Below are positions 23,671 through 34,500 of a DNA stretch of 64,000 nt, piece by piece. The translations under genes and the position numbers were made by a program. Each line of letters starts with the position of its first letter. The first letter of the stretch is position 1. A model generated the notes under the pieces. It ran no database searches, had not been told where the DNA came from, and saw nothing but the letters and a program-made list of their open reading frames with translations. This DNA comes from Camelus ferus (taxonomy: Eukaryota): NCBI RefSeq assembly GCF_009834535.1, contig NC_045707.1, positions 62,932,001 to 62,996,000 of the forward strand. Direction: 5' to 3'.

Positions 23671-24281
23671 TTAACACGTATACACATGAGATCCAAGTAA
23701 GAGATTTAACTCATCTAAGGAAAATCCATGTAAGAGTCAAATAAGAGACACATATAACAGAGCTGGCTTTGTGTGCATAATCATAGATGAAAGCACACTG
23801 GAGATAAAATTAGATTCATATTACTAGTCAAAAATAGTTTATTTTCCTCTGCCCACCGCACCCACCCCCACCCCTTCATCTTCTTGATCTTCATGCGCAG
23901 ATTCCTCCCAGACATTTCCAGAAATACCTTTGGGACACAGCAAGGGAGATGTCAGATCAGTCCTCTCGGTTATCCTGCAGCACCACCATTTTCTTCCTTT
24001 CTGGCTCAGCCTGCTGCACAGATGTCTTCTGTATCTGCCAGCATGAGAAAGATTATTTCCATAGCTAGCACTCACCAGGGGCGCTGTCATATTGCTGTCG
24101 ATATCCCCTGGAGTTTGTGCTGAGGCTTCTGATGCCAGAGAGCCAGGGAGCTGATGTCTGCAAAACAGCATGGTCTATGTCCCTGCTAAAGTGTTAACTA
24201 AACTTCCGTCACCAATTCTGTTGAGGGCTTACGCCATCAGGTTCCTCTGAAATTTTAGTAAACAGCTCATTACTTCAGCAC

Positions 24282-24282
24282 G

Positions 24283-24313
<31 letters not shown>

Positions 24314-24385
24314 CATTTCTCTCCCTCTTTGTCTTCCTCCCTCTCTGTCATGCTCCCTCTCCCTCTCCTTCTTTCTCCCCCTCTT
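24282..24385. repeat. (CT)n / polypyrimidine tract
   Basis: ctctctctttctctctctctctctctctcccc... read directly. Confidence 0.9.
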
Positions 24386-24639
24386 GTGCTTTGAATCCAT
24401 GGTACTGGGCCAGATGACTTTTTGATTAGCTCCACTTTGTGTTCAAAGTGGTCCCTTCTCTCCCTTGCTAGCCTCTTGCCCTTGAACCCAGTATCTGTAA
24501 CTTCACACTGAGACAATATCTTTCCCAGGTGAGTCCACAGCCCCCCATACACCTAGATCCCTGCCCCAACCACCCTCCAAAGGAGCATGGCCAACTCTAG
24601 TGAAGTCTAGAGCCGGGACTACCATCACCTTCCCCTCAG

Positions 24640-25110
24640 TGTCGCCAAACATTAGACAGGCATCTTCCTGACTCCAGACCTCTGACTGCCCTTTTCTTAT
24701 TGCATTTACTTTTACAAAATTTGTAATTATAAATTCTTTCTTTGTTCCTTTAAGATGTGAATCTTTTGGAAAGCCTTTTGCCACGACTTTCTCAAGGACC
24801 TGGGGGCCATCCCTTTGAAATACAACCATCAAGAAAGATGTACCCCTGTTTCTCAGTTTCTGTGGGAAGGGAGGAGCCTAACTTTGGTGCTCCCAAGTGT
24901 ACAACTATCTCCTGTCGTGGAGATAGGAGAAAGTAGACTTTTATTTAGGGTGAAGCCAATGAAAAATCTGACAGCCTAAGTTCCACCCACCCCAGCTCTT
25001 AAAAAACCTTTCCCCTCTCTTGTTAGATTTGAGCTAAGTATCCAGAGTTGCCCTGTGCTCTCTCCCTATTATCAGATTACTGGCAACAGAATCAGAATAA
25101 AATCCATTTC
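24640..25110 (+). mobile_element. ERV1 LTR, MER34/MER39-like
   Basis: ctttctcaaggacctgggggccatccctttgaaatacaaccatcaagaaagat...ctcagtttctgtgggaagggaggagcctaactt; AATAAA near 25097. Confidence 0.75.
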
Positions 25111-25503
25111 TATTTGGAAAAAAAAACTAAGAAACATCTAACAGTATCAACCACCATAGAGATGTCAGTTAAAATAATCTGAATCTTTCCAGGGCACTTT
25201 AACAGCAAGGAGGTTTCTTAGGACTGTGAAAAGGAACATTTTGGATAGAGTCTTTCTGATAGTGAGAAATTTCCAACCTATATTGGACATGTCAAGAAAG
25301 TTTGACTTTAAAAAAAAAAAAGTCAAGGAAAGAATGAGAAATGCCCAATTTAAAAACAGAGATTGGACTTAAATAACTTTTCTGTGTCAGGCAGCAATAA
25401 TCACTATCTTAAACCTATCTTAAATACCGAATGGGGACTTTTGTAAAGCCTGAAGTGCCTCAGTGTAATCCAGAATAGAAATGCTGCAAGACTTCTGTAC
25501 GGG

Positions 25504-26532
25504 TGTGGCAGGCAGCCTCCGAAAGGGCCCCCAGTGATGCCTGCCTCTCACTGTTCACGCCCTTTTATATATCTTCTCCTCAAGTGTGGGCTGGACCTCG
25601 CGACTCACTTCTAATGAATAAAACATGACAAAATGATACGGTGTCATTCCCAATATTAGATTACAAAAATGCGTGACTTCTGTCTTGATCACTCTCTCTC
25701 CCAGCCTTTGCTCTGGGGAATATCAGTAGCTGTGAGCTTGGTGTGTGGAGGGGTAGATAACGTGTCTCTTTCAGTTTCACAGATCTAAAGATAAAAGGCA
25801 CTGTATCCAAGGAGCTGTACTTAAGAAACTGTATCTGAGGATCTTCATTTGTACCTGAAGCTGATTTATATAAAGTGCTTCTGGGCTTTGAGCTGATGTT
25901 ATAATAAGATTAGAGGACCTTAGGAGAGGCTGAGTCTCTTTTGAATATGATAGGACAGAACCATTAGAAGCTAGAGGGTAGACAGGCAGCCACCAATACA
26001 GCCCTCACGCATCCGCACCTCTTGGCTTTCGTACCCTTGGGTATGCTCGCTCCTCATGAGTGTGAGCTGGTCCTAGTAACACTTTTCTAATGATTAAAAT
26101 ACAGCAAACTTGATGGGATGTGAATTTAAAGATTAGATAATGAAAAGACTGTGATTTTCGCCTGGTTTACTCTCCGTCTTTCACTCTCCCTCCAAGCCCT
26201 AGCTCTGGCAAAGCAGCTTCAAAGAATGCGGGTGGCCCTATAAAGAGGTCTGGGTGACAAGGGATGATCTCAGGCCAACATCCAGAGAGCAGGACCTTCG
26301 GTCTGTGAATGGCCACATGAGTGACCTTGGAGGTGGATCTTCAGCCAGTTAAGCCTTGAGATGACTATGTCCACAGCCAATGCCTTGATTGCAGCTTTGT
26401 GACAGACGCTAAGAGGCACCCAGTTAAGTCCTATTTGGATTCAGAATCCACAAACAAGATAATAAGTGTTTATTTTATTAAGCTGCTGCATTTGGGGATG
26501 ACTTACTATACTACAAGAGATAACTAATGAAA
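25504..26532 (+). mobile_element. Deleted MaLR element: partial MLT1E/F LTR (25504-~25750) + 3' end of internal region (~25760-25983) + full LTR
   Basis: Two homologous LTR starts (caagtgtgggctggacctcgcgactcacttctaatgaataaaac / gagtgtgagctggtcctagtaacacttttctaatgattaaaat) separated by MLT1-int-like sequence ending agagggtagac. Confidence 0.8.
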
Positions 26533-27654
26533 TAACAACCGAGGAGTGTAATTCTATCTGAACATCCTCTCCATCTCTATTCTCTGCTTCACTGTACTTG
26601 TCTCTAAGAACATCAAGGTAGAAAACACAGATGCCCTCAGGACTCAGATTCCTGGGGAATGAACTGACCATCCTTCAGTCAGTGGTCAACCAGTAACATC
26701 AAATATGGTCCAAGGGGCAGAGCCACACTGTGGACCCACCACCACCACCACTGATCGTGGGTGAAGCGTGAACCTGTTAAGTGAGGTCCTGAGAAGCTAC
26801 ATGCACACAACCTGAGCATCGACGCTAAAAGAAGTTCCATTCTGAGTTTCTTAAAGGTGTGTTTGCACAACTGATATGACAAACGTCTCCAAATATTACA
26901 TTACATTGAAATTTCTGTATTTCTCCAAACTGACAACTTCTATCATCAATTTTAAGTCATGTTGGATCATTCAACTATGTGGTTTTTTAAATTGCTTTTT
27001 GCATGCTTGGAGAAATTCTTTCTTGAAGTCAGATAGTATTGTTACTTTCTAAAATATTAAATACAAAGGAATACCAATCACTCCTGATCTGAGTTTCAGA
27101 GCCAAATACTCCTTAGGTAGTTTAAGTGAAAATAATAACAAAATTAAGGAGTTGATGTGGCATTCTTCACCCAGTAAGAAATAGATTTGACATCGTTACT
27201 TTGAATAACTCAAGGCAATAGTGGAAAAACTAAAATACCTATTAAACCATTTATTGATAATTATTTTAGCAACCTAAAAGAACAATGAAAAGTTCTCTAG
27301 ATGATTTAAGTCAAAATGCTCATAGGTTTAAAATGATAAAAATTGCCCCAAAGTCTAATTTTAAACTTGATCCTATTAAAGTATTTTTAAAAAGTACAAG
27401 GTGCTAAATATAACCAAAATAATTAATAACATGAAAATATGGGTGGGGGCAGAAGAGGGTCCCCCATTGACTGAAGTATCAGCTTGCTTCTAAAAGATTT
27501 ATGATGTGGCACAATAAAAACACAGGTACAATCAAACTCAAATTGTGTGGCTCAAGGAAATGAAATGAAAGAAAGATGACTTAAAAGGCCGAAGGGAGAA
27601 AAGGAAAAATCAAAATCTTAAGAATAATTTTTTAAACTTTAAACTGAATTTTTT

Positions 27655-27785
27655 TTCATTCACTCATGTGTTACCCATTTAGTCATTTATTGATCAGGTA
27701 TATGTTAAGGCCTATTTTATGCCAGATCTTCTGAGAAATTCTAAGCAAGACAGATGCTATATTTGCCCTCTTGGGAGTATTCTGA
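27655..27785 (-). mobile_element. L2 3' tip
   Basis: catttagtcattt...ttaaggcctattttatgccag...aagcaagacag...tgccctcttgg. Confidence 0.5.
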
Positions 27786-28049
27786 AAAAAAATATATTTT
27801 TTTCTTAAAACAAATATCTAGATTCCGAAAATATGTCAGCCCAGAGTGCAAGAAAGAAAAGGAAACCCTAGGCAATCGATTTTGTAAATGCTGAAACATG
27901 TCTGGGAGTCAAGAGTATTTTTTTCTCTTGCTATAGCATTGATGGCAAGATTTTTCACACACAGTGGATTAGGAAGTGTGAGCACCATGACACTTACTGA
28001 GTTATTTTTAGGAATTAAGTATGTGGGAAATGCTGCAGCTTATGCTTAC

Positions 28050-28096
28050 CTGGGAGATGCTGCACTGCTTGATAACATAACTGAGCTGACGGAGTC
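28050..28096 (-). other. Candidate 47-nt exon of an unidentified minus-strand transcript
   Basis: Minus strand: gctttgtcgactgtctttaaatag|GACTCC...CTCCCAG|gtaagc; splice signals only. Confidence 0.25.
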
Positions 28097-28484
28097 CTAT
28101 TTAAAGACAGTCGACAAAGCACGATATGCAGCTTCAGCTTTCGCAGATAGATTTTTAACCCAGCCTCTACTTAAAGGATTTCCTCCCTGTTTTTAACACA
28201 GGAGTGTGCTAACTGTTTTTTAGCATAGAAGCACACACACAGACAGGGGGATTTTCCAGGACTGACGTGGTTAGCTTTCCTCGTAGTAAGTTACACTGCT
28301 GTGTTTCCTACCTGTTTGGGATCCAATTTTTAAGACTTTCAAAGCCCAGTAAGAACAGAAAAGTTGAGCATGCTCCTTGTATGAGTCAAGCAAGCAATTG
28401 AAAAGCAAAAATGTGAGCCGTGAATAAGTCCTCCCAGTCACTGACACTAAATCTAAGTGGAGGTTGTGCTGCTGGGTGCTTGTG

Positions 28485-29075
28485 CCACTCACTTATTTAC
28501 ATATTCTGTGAATAGTTGTTGCTCACATCGTATGTGTCACATGTTAAAGATATGGCGACAAGGAGATGCCAGGACAAAGCCCTTGTCCTAATAGAGTTAA
28601 CAGTCTAACAGAAGAGACATGTGCACGCTTACCTGTGCACACTCGCCCACCCACCCCCACACACAACTAACATATGGTTCAGTTAGTGCTAAATGCCTGG
28701 AAGACAAACCAAACAAAATAAGGGATAGTGACAGAGGGCAGGGTGGCCACAATAGAGATGTCATAATGGAAGATCTCTCAGAGGAGACAGTCTTTGAAGA
28801 GAATCTGCATAAGATAAGGGGAAAACCACACAAGGATGGGGGGAAAGAAAATTCTAGGAAGAGAGAGCTGCCGGTGCACAGACTAACCAAAACAGACTTG
28901 GCGTAATCATAGAACTGCGGAAAAGACAGAGGTATATAAGAAAGGGAGAAAGAAGGTCAGAGAGGATACATGGAGCACAATCTACACAGATATAACACAG
29001 GTAATGCAAAATGTTGTAGGCCATTGAGAAGGCTTTAGATTCTATTGTTAGTGCAGTAAAAAGCCATTGCACATG
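28485..29075 (-). mobile_element. L2 3' portion
   Basis: cactcacttatttac...; ggaagatctctcagaggagacagtctttgaag; ttgtaggccattgagaaggctttagattctatt...aagccattg. Confidence 0.75.
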
Positions 29076-29280
29076 ACATGGGCACCTCCGTTACTATCTC
29101 ATGGCAACATTTCCAATTCAACTTTCCCGCAACGGAACTCACTAGCTTTCCCATCCTTTCCCTGCAAAGTGTTTATACCTCCTAATCCTTCCATGACATT
29201 TAAAAATCAAGATTCTGTCCTTCATGCTTATATGAAATATTATGGTCACTTTTGATTCCTCCTTCTTTTTTATTTCTCCC
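29076..29280 (+). mobile_element. L2 fragment, opposite orientation
   Basis: ggcacctccgttact...aactcactagctttccc...ggtcacttttgattcctccttctt. Confidence 0.45.
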
Positions 29281-29299
29281 ATAACGAGTAAAGAAAACT

Positions 29300-29620
29300 A
29301 AACTAGACATCTGAGCACCTGAATTCTGGTCCTTGCTCTATAACCTTCTCTTGGAAGGCATTTAGCAGGTCACCCAACCTCTCTGAGCCTCTTTTCTCAG
29401 TTTAAGACAAAAATAATAGGTGGCCATCAGAATTATTACTTATGATGCACTTGTTATGTGCCGGGTTTCTCACAAACAATCGATTTAGAGATAAAGACAC
29501 CGAGTAATAGATATCAAATTAATTTGCCCCAAATTAGGCATCTAGTAAGAGATGGATAGGGATTTGAGGCAATTTCCTCAAGGCAGAGGTGAGGCATTTA
29601 ATAATGATGCTACCCTGCCT
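29300..29620. mobile_element. Two MIR fragments (plus, then minus)
   Basis: cctgaattctggtccttgctct...aacctctctgagcctc; then ttatgtgccggg...aatttgcccca...gggatttga. Confidence 0.6.
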
Positions 29621-30329
29621 TCAAACTAAAGTTGTGTATGAGAGTATACTCTGAGATAAAAATCAAGGTATCACCTGCTTCACCCACTATTCGACTGTAG
29701 GTCATAGCTCGAACTTCATCCAGGACTTATTCTAACACGTACTCTGAATCATGCTCTGTCTTGAGGATAAAGCTATGGAAAAGCCCAATCTTGCCCTCAA
29801 GTAGTGTCAAATTTAGATACATCTTTACCGCATCTTACAAGAGCCTTATTTCAGTTAGGGACAGAGTAGAACAGAAAGGTTGCAGGTGTAAATGGACATG
29901 TAAGTAGGTCTGGAAGAGTATTGTTTTTGTGCTGAAGTTCAGCTGCCACACTGGTTCAAGTGCTCATGGCCACAGGGAGCATTAAAACTGGGAGGAACCT
30001 TAGAAATTAACAATTTCAGGTCAGTTAGCGTCCACGTGTTAGAACCACACGCATGCGCTCCATGACTGTGCCCTTCTCTTTTACATTTTCAGCACTAGTA
30101 TTTTTTTTCTTATTCTGGATTATTTTTTTAAACCCCTCTGTACCTTTCTTATTGAGTTTGTAATTGATTTAGCATTTTCCTATGCCTAATTGTATTTTGA
30201 ATGATTTCATGTTTTTTTATTTGCCCTTTGAGGGTTTTCCTTAGTTCTCTTAACTCTGTTATTCCACTTTATCCAATTCGGTTTTTTTTTTCCACTTTAT
30301 CCAATTATTCCATTTCTCCTTTCACTCCG

Positions 30330-30595
30330 GCCGTGGAGAGGGAGAGCCCCTCATTATCTGTCTTGACTGTTCCATCTCAAATTGCACTCTGTCACTCTTT
30401 CTCCTAATCCATTTTATTTTTTCTTCTTAGCATTTATTTCTGCCAAACCTACTCTATTCTTATTACCTAACTTCCCTATTCCAATTCAGCAGGATGCTTG
30501 TCTGTTTTTTGTTTGCTGCTCTCATCCCAATCCTCACTGCATGCCTGTCACAAATGAGGTCCTCAGTTCATATTTGTTGAATTGAATGAATCTAA
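30330..30595 (+). mobile_element. L2 3' end
   Basis: atgcctgtcacaaatgaggtcctcagttcatatttgttgaattgaatgaat. Confidence 0.7.
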
Positions 30596-31249
30596 TTAAA
30601 AAAAAAATCCCAGAGGTACATGTTCTTCTGTTAGCTCTATGTTTTTCTTTTGCAGGCTATGTTGCTTCCATTCTTTTTGTTGCAATATTTTTTAATAGAC
30701 TCGATGTTGGAGTTTTTTATTTATATTTCTTCCCAGTGGGCAAATTTCTAAGAATCTGCAATTAACTATATTAATTAATATAGTAGCTATATTCTACGTT
30801 CTTCGACGTCCTTTCTATCCTGAGCATCAGGTTTGTCTCTTCTCCTTAACTTTCAGTGGGAGTGCTGGCTTTTTTTTTTTTTTTTTTTTTTAAGGTTTTA
30901 CCTATTCAGTAACCTGAAGGAGGGGGAGAGAAGCTAAGACCACTGGTAGCCACAGAAATGGAGTTTTATATCCACACTTTTTGCTCTCTGTGTTTCTTAA
31001 AATTCTGCCTAAGAGCCATGCTGTGCCTGTTGAGTTGGGTGCATAAGCTGCCCAGATAAAGGAGCTTATAAATCTGATTCCTGTCTTGGGACAAACTGAT
31101 CACTTAAGTGATAAGTTCATTTTGAAAGACGTAGATTCTTTTCATTTCATATGGATATGGGTGCTTGTCCCGGTGGTTTGTTGCTGTTGGTGTTTGGGTT
31201 AAAAAATGCCTTTAGAAAATTCTTCTTCACTCTTCTGCCTTGTGCTCTT

Positions 31250-31665
31250 CTAATGAGCTCAGTGGTGGCCTCCAAACGATGTATCTCTGAACCTGTGAAG
31301 TCACCTTATTTGGAAAGGAGGTCTTCGCAGATGCAGCTAAATTAGAGATCTCAAGATGAGATCATCCTGGATTATCTGGGTGGGCCCTAAATCCAATGAC
31401 AGACATCAGAAGAGAGATACACAGAAAGGAGAAAAAGGCCAGGTGAAGACAGAGGCAAAGCCTGGAGTTAAGCAGCTACATCCAAGAACACTTGGAGATG
31501 CCAGAAGCTAGAAAAGACCAGAAAGGAAGCTTCCTTGGAGCCTCCCAAGGGAGGGCAGCCCTGCCTGCTGATACCTTGATTTCAGACTTCCGGCCTCCAA
31601 AACTGTGACGGAATAAATTTTTGTTTAAGTCACCCAGTTTGCAGTAATTTGATATCACCCTTCCA
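31250..31665 (+). mobile_element. MaLR solo LTR (MLT1C-type)
   Basis: ccttatttggaaaggaggtcttcgcagatg...gatcatcctggattatctgggtgggccctaaatccaatgac...ccttgatttcagacttccggcctccaaaactgtga...aataaattt. Confidence 0.9.
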
Positions 31666-32125
31666 AGTAAGGGGGTAGGGTCTCCTTTATTTGAATGAAA
31701 TTTCATTAGAGAGCCAAGGCAGGGGGAAAAAAAAAAGTCAATGGAAAGCTCTGGCCCCCTGTATTGTCCCATGTCTTGAAGTCCTTCCACTGAACTCAGG
31801 AGACAGCTTCCAAGCAGGCGAGCCCCTTCTTTCTTCCACCCACGCCCCACAACCAATTCTACATTTGCTGAAACCGCAGCGCACCTTTTTGAAAAGTGTG
31901 CTTTATATGTTGTCTGTATGGGTGGCAGTGTTTCTGGAAAGATCCATGCTATTTCCTGGATTGTACCCCGATTTGGTTGCAAATTGTAGTGTATTGAGCA
32001 GGTTGTCCAAGCAGTATAATTGAAAGGAAAAAAGAAATTTAATTTTGAGGTTAAGGAATTTCCCCTTGCTTTAAAATCTTCAGTTGTGTCTTAGAAAAGG
32101 AAAGATTTATGAACTTGTACTTACA

Positions 32126-32129
<4 letters not shown>

Positions 32130-32163
<34 letters not shown>
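32130..32163. repeat. Pure poly(T)34 run
   Basis: Counted directly. Confidence 0.95.
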
Positions 32164-32165
<2 letters not shown>

Positions 32166-33309
32166 CATACTTTATTTCACTCTCACAATCTAGGAAGATA
32201 GTTGATATATTGGCTCCTGGCTCTCTCCAGTGTCAGTTTTGATCAACATTTGCATGTGTGTATGTGTTTGTATTATTAAATATAAACATAAGAACCACAA
32301 ACATAAATTATTGATCTTATAAAATACCTGTGCAGCCAACATAACAATTCTAACAGCATAAACTTTAATGGTTCACTGCTTACTAGATATGCTTATGACT
32401 AGAGTTCCCTCCTGCCCGCCACGTGTCCATGGTGGATATCCCAGACCACTCTGCATTCCAGAGAACTGATGTCTTTGTAGAATTTTGGGGGTGGTACCCG
32501 TGGCTGCATTTTCTACCCACTTCACATGGTAACTCATAGATTTCTTTCAAAATACATCTTCCTTTGAACCATAGATTTCTGTCCCAGTTGGAGACAGCTA
32601 GCTAAGCAATGTGATGTGACTAAAAACATGTGATCTTACCAAAATATTTCTTTACCATCTAATATGCTGTATTTCCAAAATATGTTCAGTACCATGCAGC
32701 GTGCATTCTCTAACATGATGCAAATGGATGGAAATACTACGGAGGAAGTTTTTCCAAAAGATCCTCCTGGGACTTGAGATAAAGCCTAGTCTGTTCTGAT
32801 TTAACCTCCACATTAATGACCTGGAAAAGGGTGGGAGTCAACAGCAGATTAATTAAATTCGCAGATGTTTCTTAATTGAAAGGTGTAGCACATACCAACA
32901 AAGGACAGAGACGCTGAGGTTAAAAACTGGAGTATGGGGGGTGGGGGAGAAATACATCCAGGCTGGAAAATAATCGAAAAACCAAATTTCATTGATTGAA
33001 GACAACTGAGATGGTGTTCATAGCTCAGTGACTCTCGGGATGAAGATGAGAGAGTAGAGTCTGACAACACTATGGTCCATTTCAAGTGGCCAGCAGTCCA
33101 GTTCAGAAAAAAGAGACACATAGAAGGAAATCATACAACACATGGAAATGCAAGTAGCCCCTTAAGAGAGATGTTAATCTCAAGTTGGTATAAATGCAGA
33201 GGCATCAATTTTAAAATGTAACAAGAAGAGATAGCTGGAAGAAATAATGACTTGTGAAAATAAGAATTTATGCATGGTCCCTTAATTTAAGTTGAATTTG
33301 CAAGAGTCA

Positions 33310-33470
33310 TATCACAGGAGCTTTAAAAATGCTCTCAATGTACAGGTGAGGAATATGACACCAAGAAAGCTTAAGACACTAGCCCAGGTTCCTAAGGTGA
33401 ATATTTAACAAAACCTGAGCTAAAGTTTAAGTCTTCTGACTACAGATTTCTCTCCTGGATCCCTGTACCA
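33310..33470 (-). mobile_element. MIR fragment
   Basis: tacaggtgaggaatatgacaccaagaaagcttaagacactagcccaggttc...agtcttctgact. Confidence 0.65.
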
Positions 33471-34289
33471 TTGCCAGAGCTGACTTGAACATCAGCATTA
33501 GGAAAGTGAAAATATCCTGATTCTAAAATGGGAAATTCCTGGTTAAAAAAAACAAACAAACAGCTTTAGAAGAAAGTTAAAATTCCATATCAATTTCATG
33601 GAGGAATAAAAGGAGCAGAGAGAATCTCAATGCAGGATGAAGACTAGAATGGTTGTTGTATTTTATTGTCTCTTCTCTGAAGACCGTCGGGTGATAGGTT
33701 CCAAAGAGACCTGTGTAAAGTTGGCAAAGGGCACCATAACAGGAGCCAGAAGAATTTTTTTTGAAATCTTGAATTTTGATTTCAGTACTGTGATTTTCAG
33801 CTTCAATATTTGCAAATTAAATCTCAATAAAATTAACTCATCAATTAAATTTTCCAATTAAGGTTAATACCTGTAGTAACCACTTGACAAGGTGGTGGTA
33901 AGAATTAAATTTTTAAAATTATAGAAAGGATTTTGTAAGAGATAAAAGTCATATGAATTAAGATATAATTTGTCTAAATCCTGACTTAATGACACCTTCT
34001 AACTTCTTAAGTCGAGTCCATTCAACTGAGGCCATGCAACTGCATGAAATTGTTTGAAAAGTTCATCCAGTAAAGGAACAGATATTCAGGGGACCTCAAC
34101 AAAAACAAGGCATTCACTGGAGTAAAAGGTTCCTGCCTCCAACATCACCTGGAAGACAGTAGATTGACACTCTGTATGTGTATAATCTTAAGAACACTAA
34201 AGGTTTCTATATTCATTGATTAATTAGAATGCCCAGGAGAAGTCAGCCCAGACTTAGTTAATATCTAGGATCTAGCAAGATGTAGAGGA

Positions 34290-34500
34290 AATGACAAAAC
34301 TTTAGAGTCAGAATGATCTGTTTTGTAACCTAACTTCACTGCTCATGGGTAGTGTGACTTGGGAAAAGTCACCAAGCTTTAGCTGTTTCATTTATAAAAG
34401 GACTGTTAATATCATTTATGTCCAAAAGTTGTTTCAAGGATTAGAGGAGCACGTGTGAATTCTCCAATACAGTGCCGTAGCCACAGCAGAATTATTTTTA
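34290..34500 (+). mobile_element. MIR SINE
   Basis: actttagagtcaga...gtgtgacttgggaaaagtcac...tgtttcatttataaaa...gttgtttcaaggatta. Confidence 0.7.

Noticed and set aside
24070..24088. CTCF-like caccaggggcgctg
   Set aside because: One G short of the core, so key positions misalign; much weaker than 13299-13317
30640..30660. Strong plus-strand splice acceptor (tttttcttttgcag)
   Set aside because: No matching donor or plausible exon downstream
31918..31972. miR-34/449-like seed TGGCAGTGT in a possible hairpin
   Set aside because: Sequence after the seed does not match miR-34/449 and the stem pairs poorly
31476..31982. 168-aa minus ORF
   Set aside because: Partly antisense MLT1C LTR; no recognisable homology
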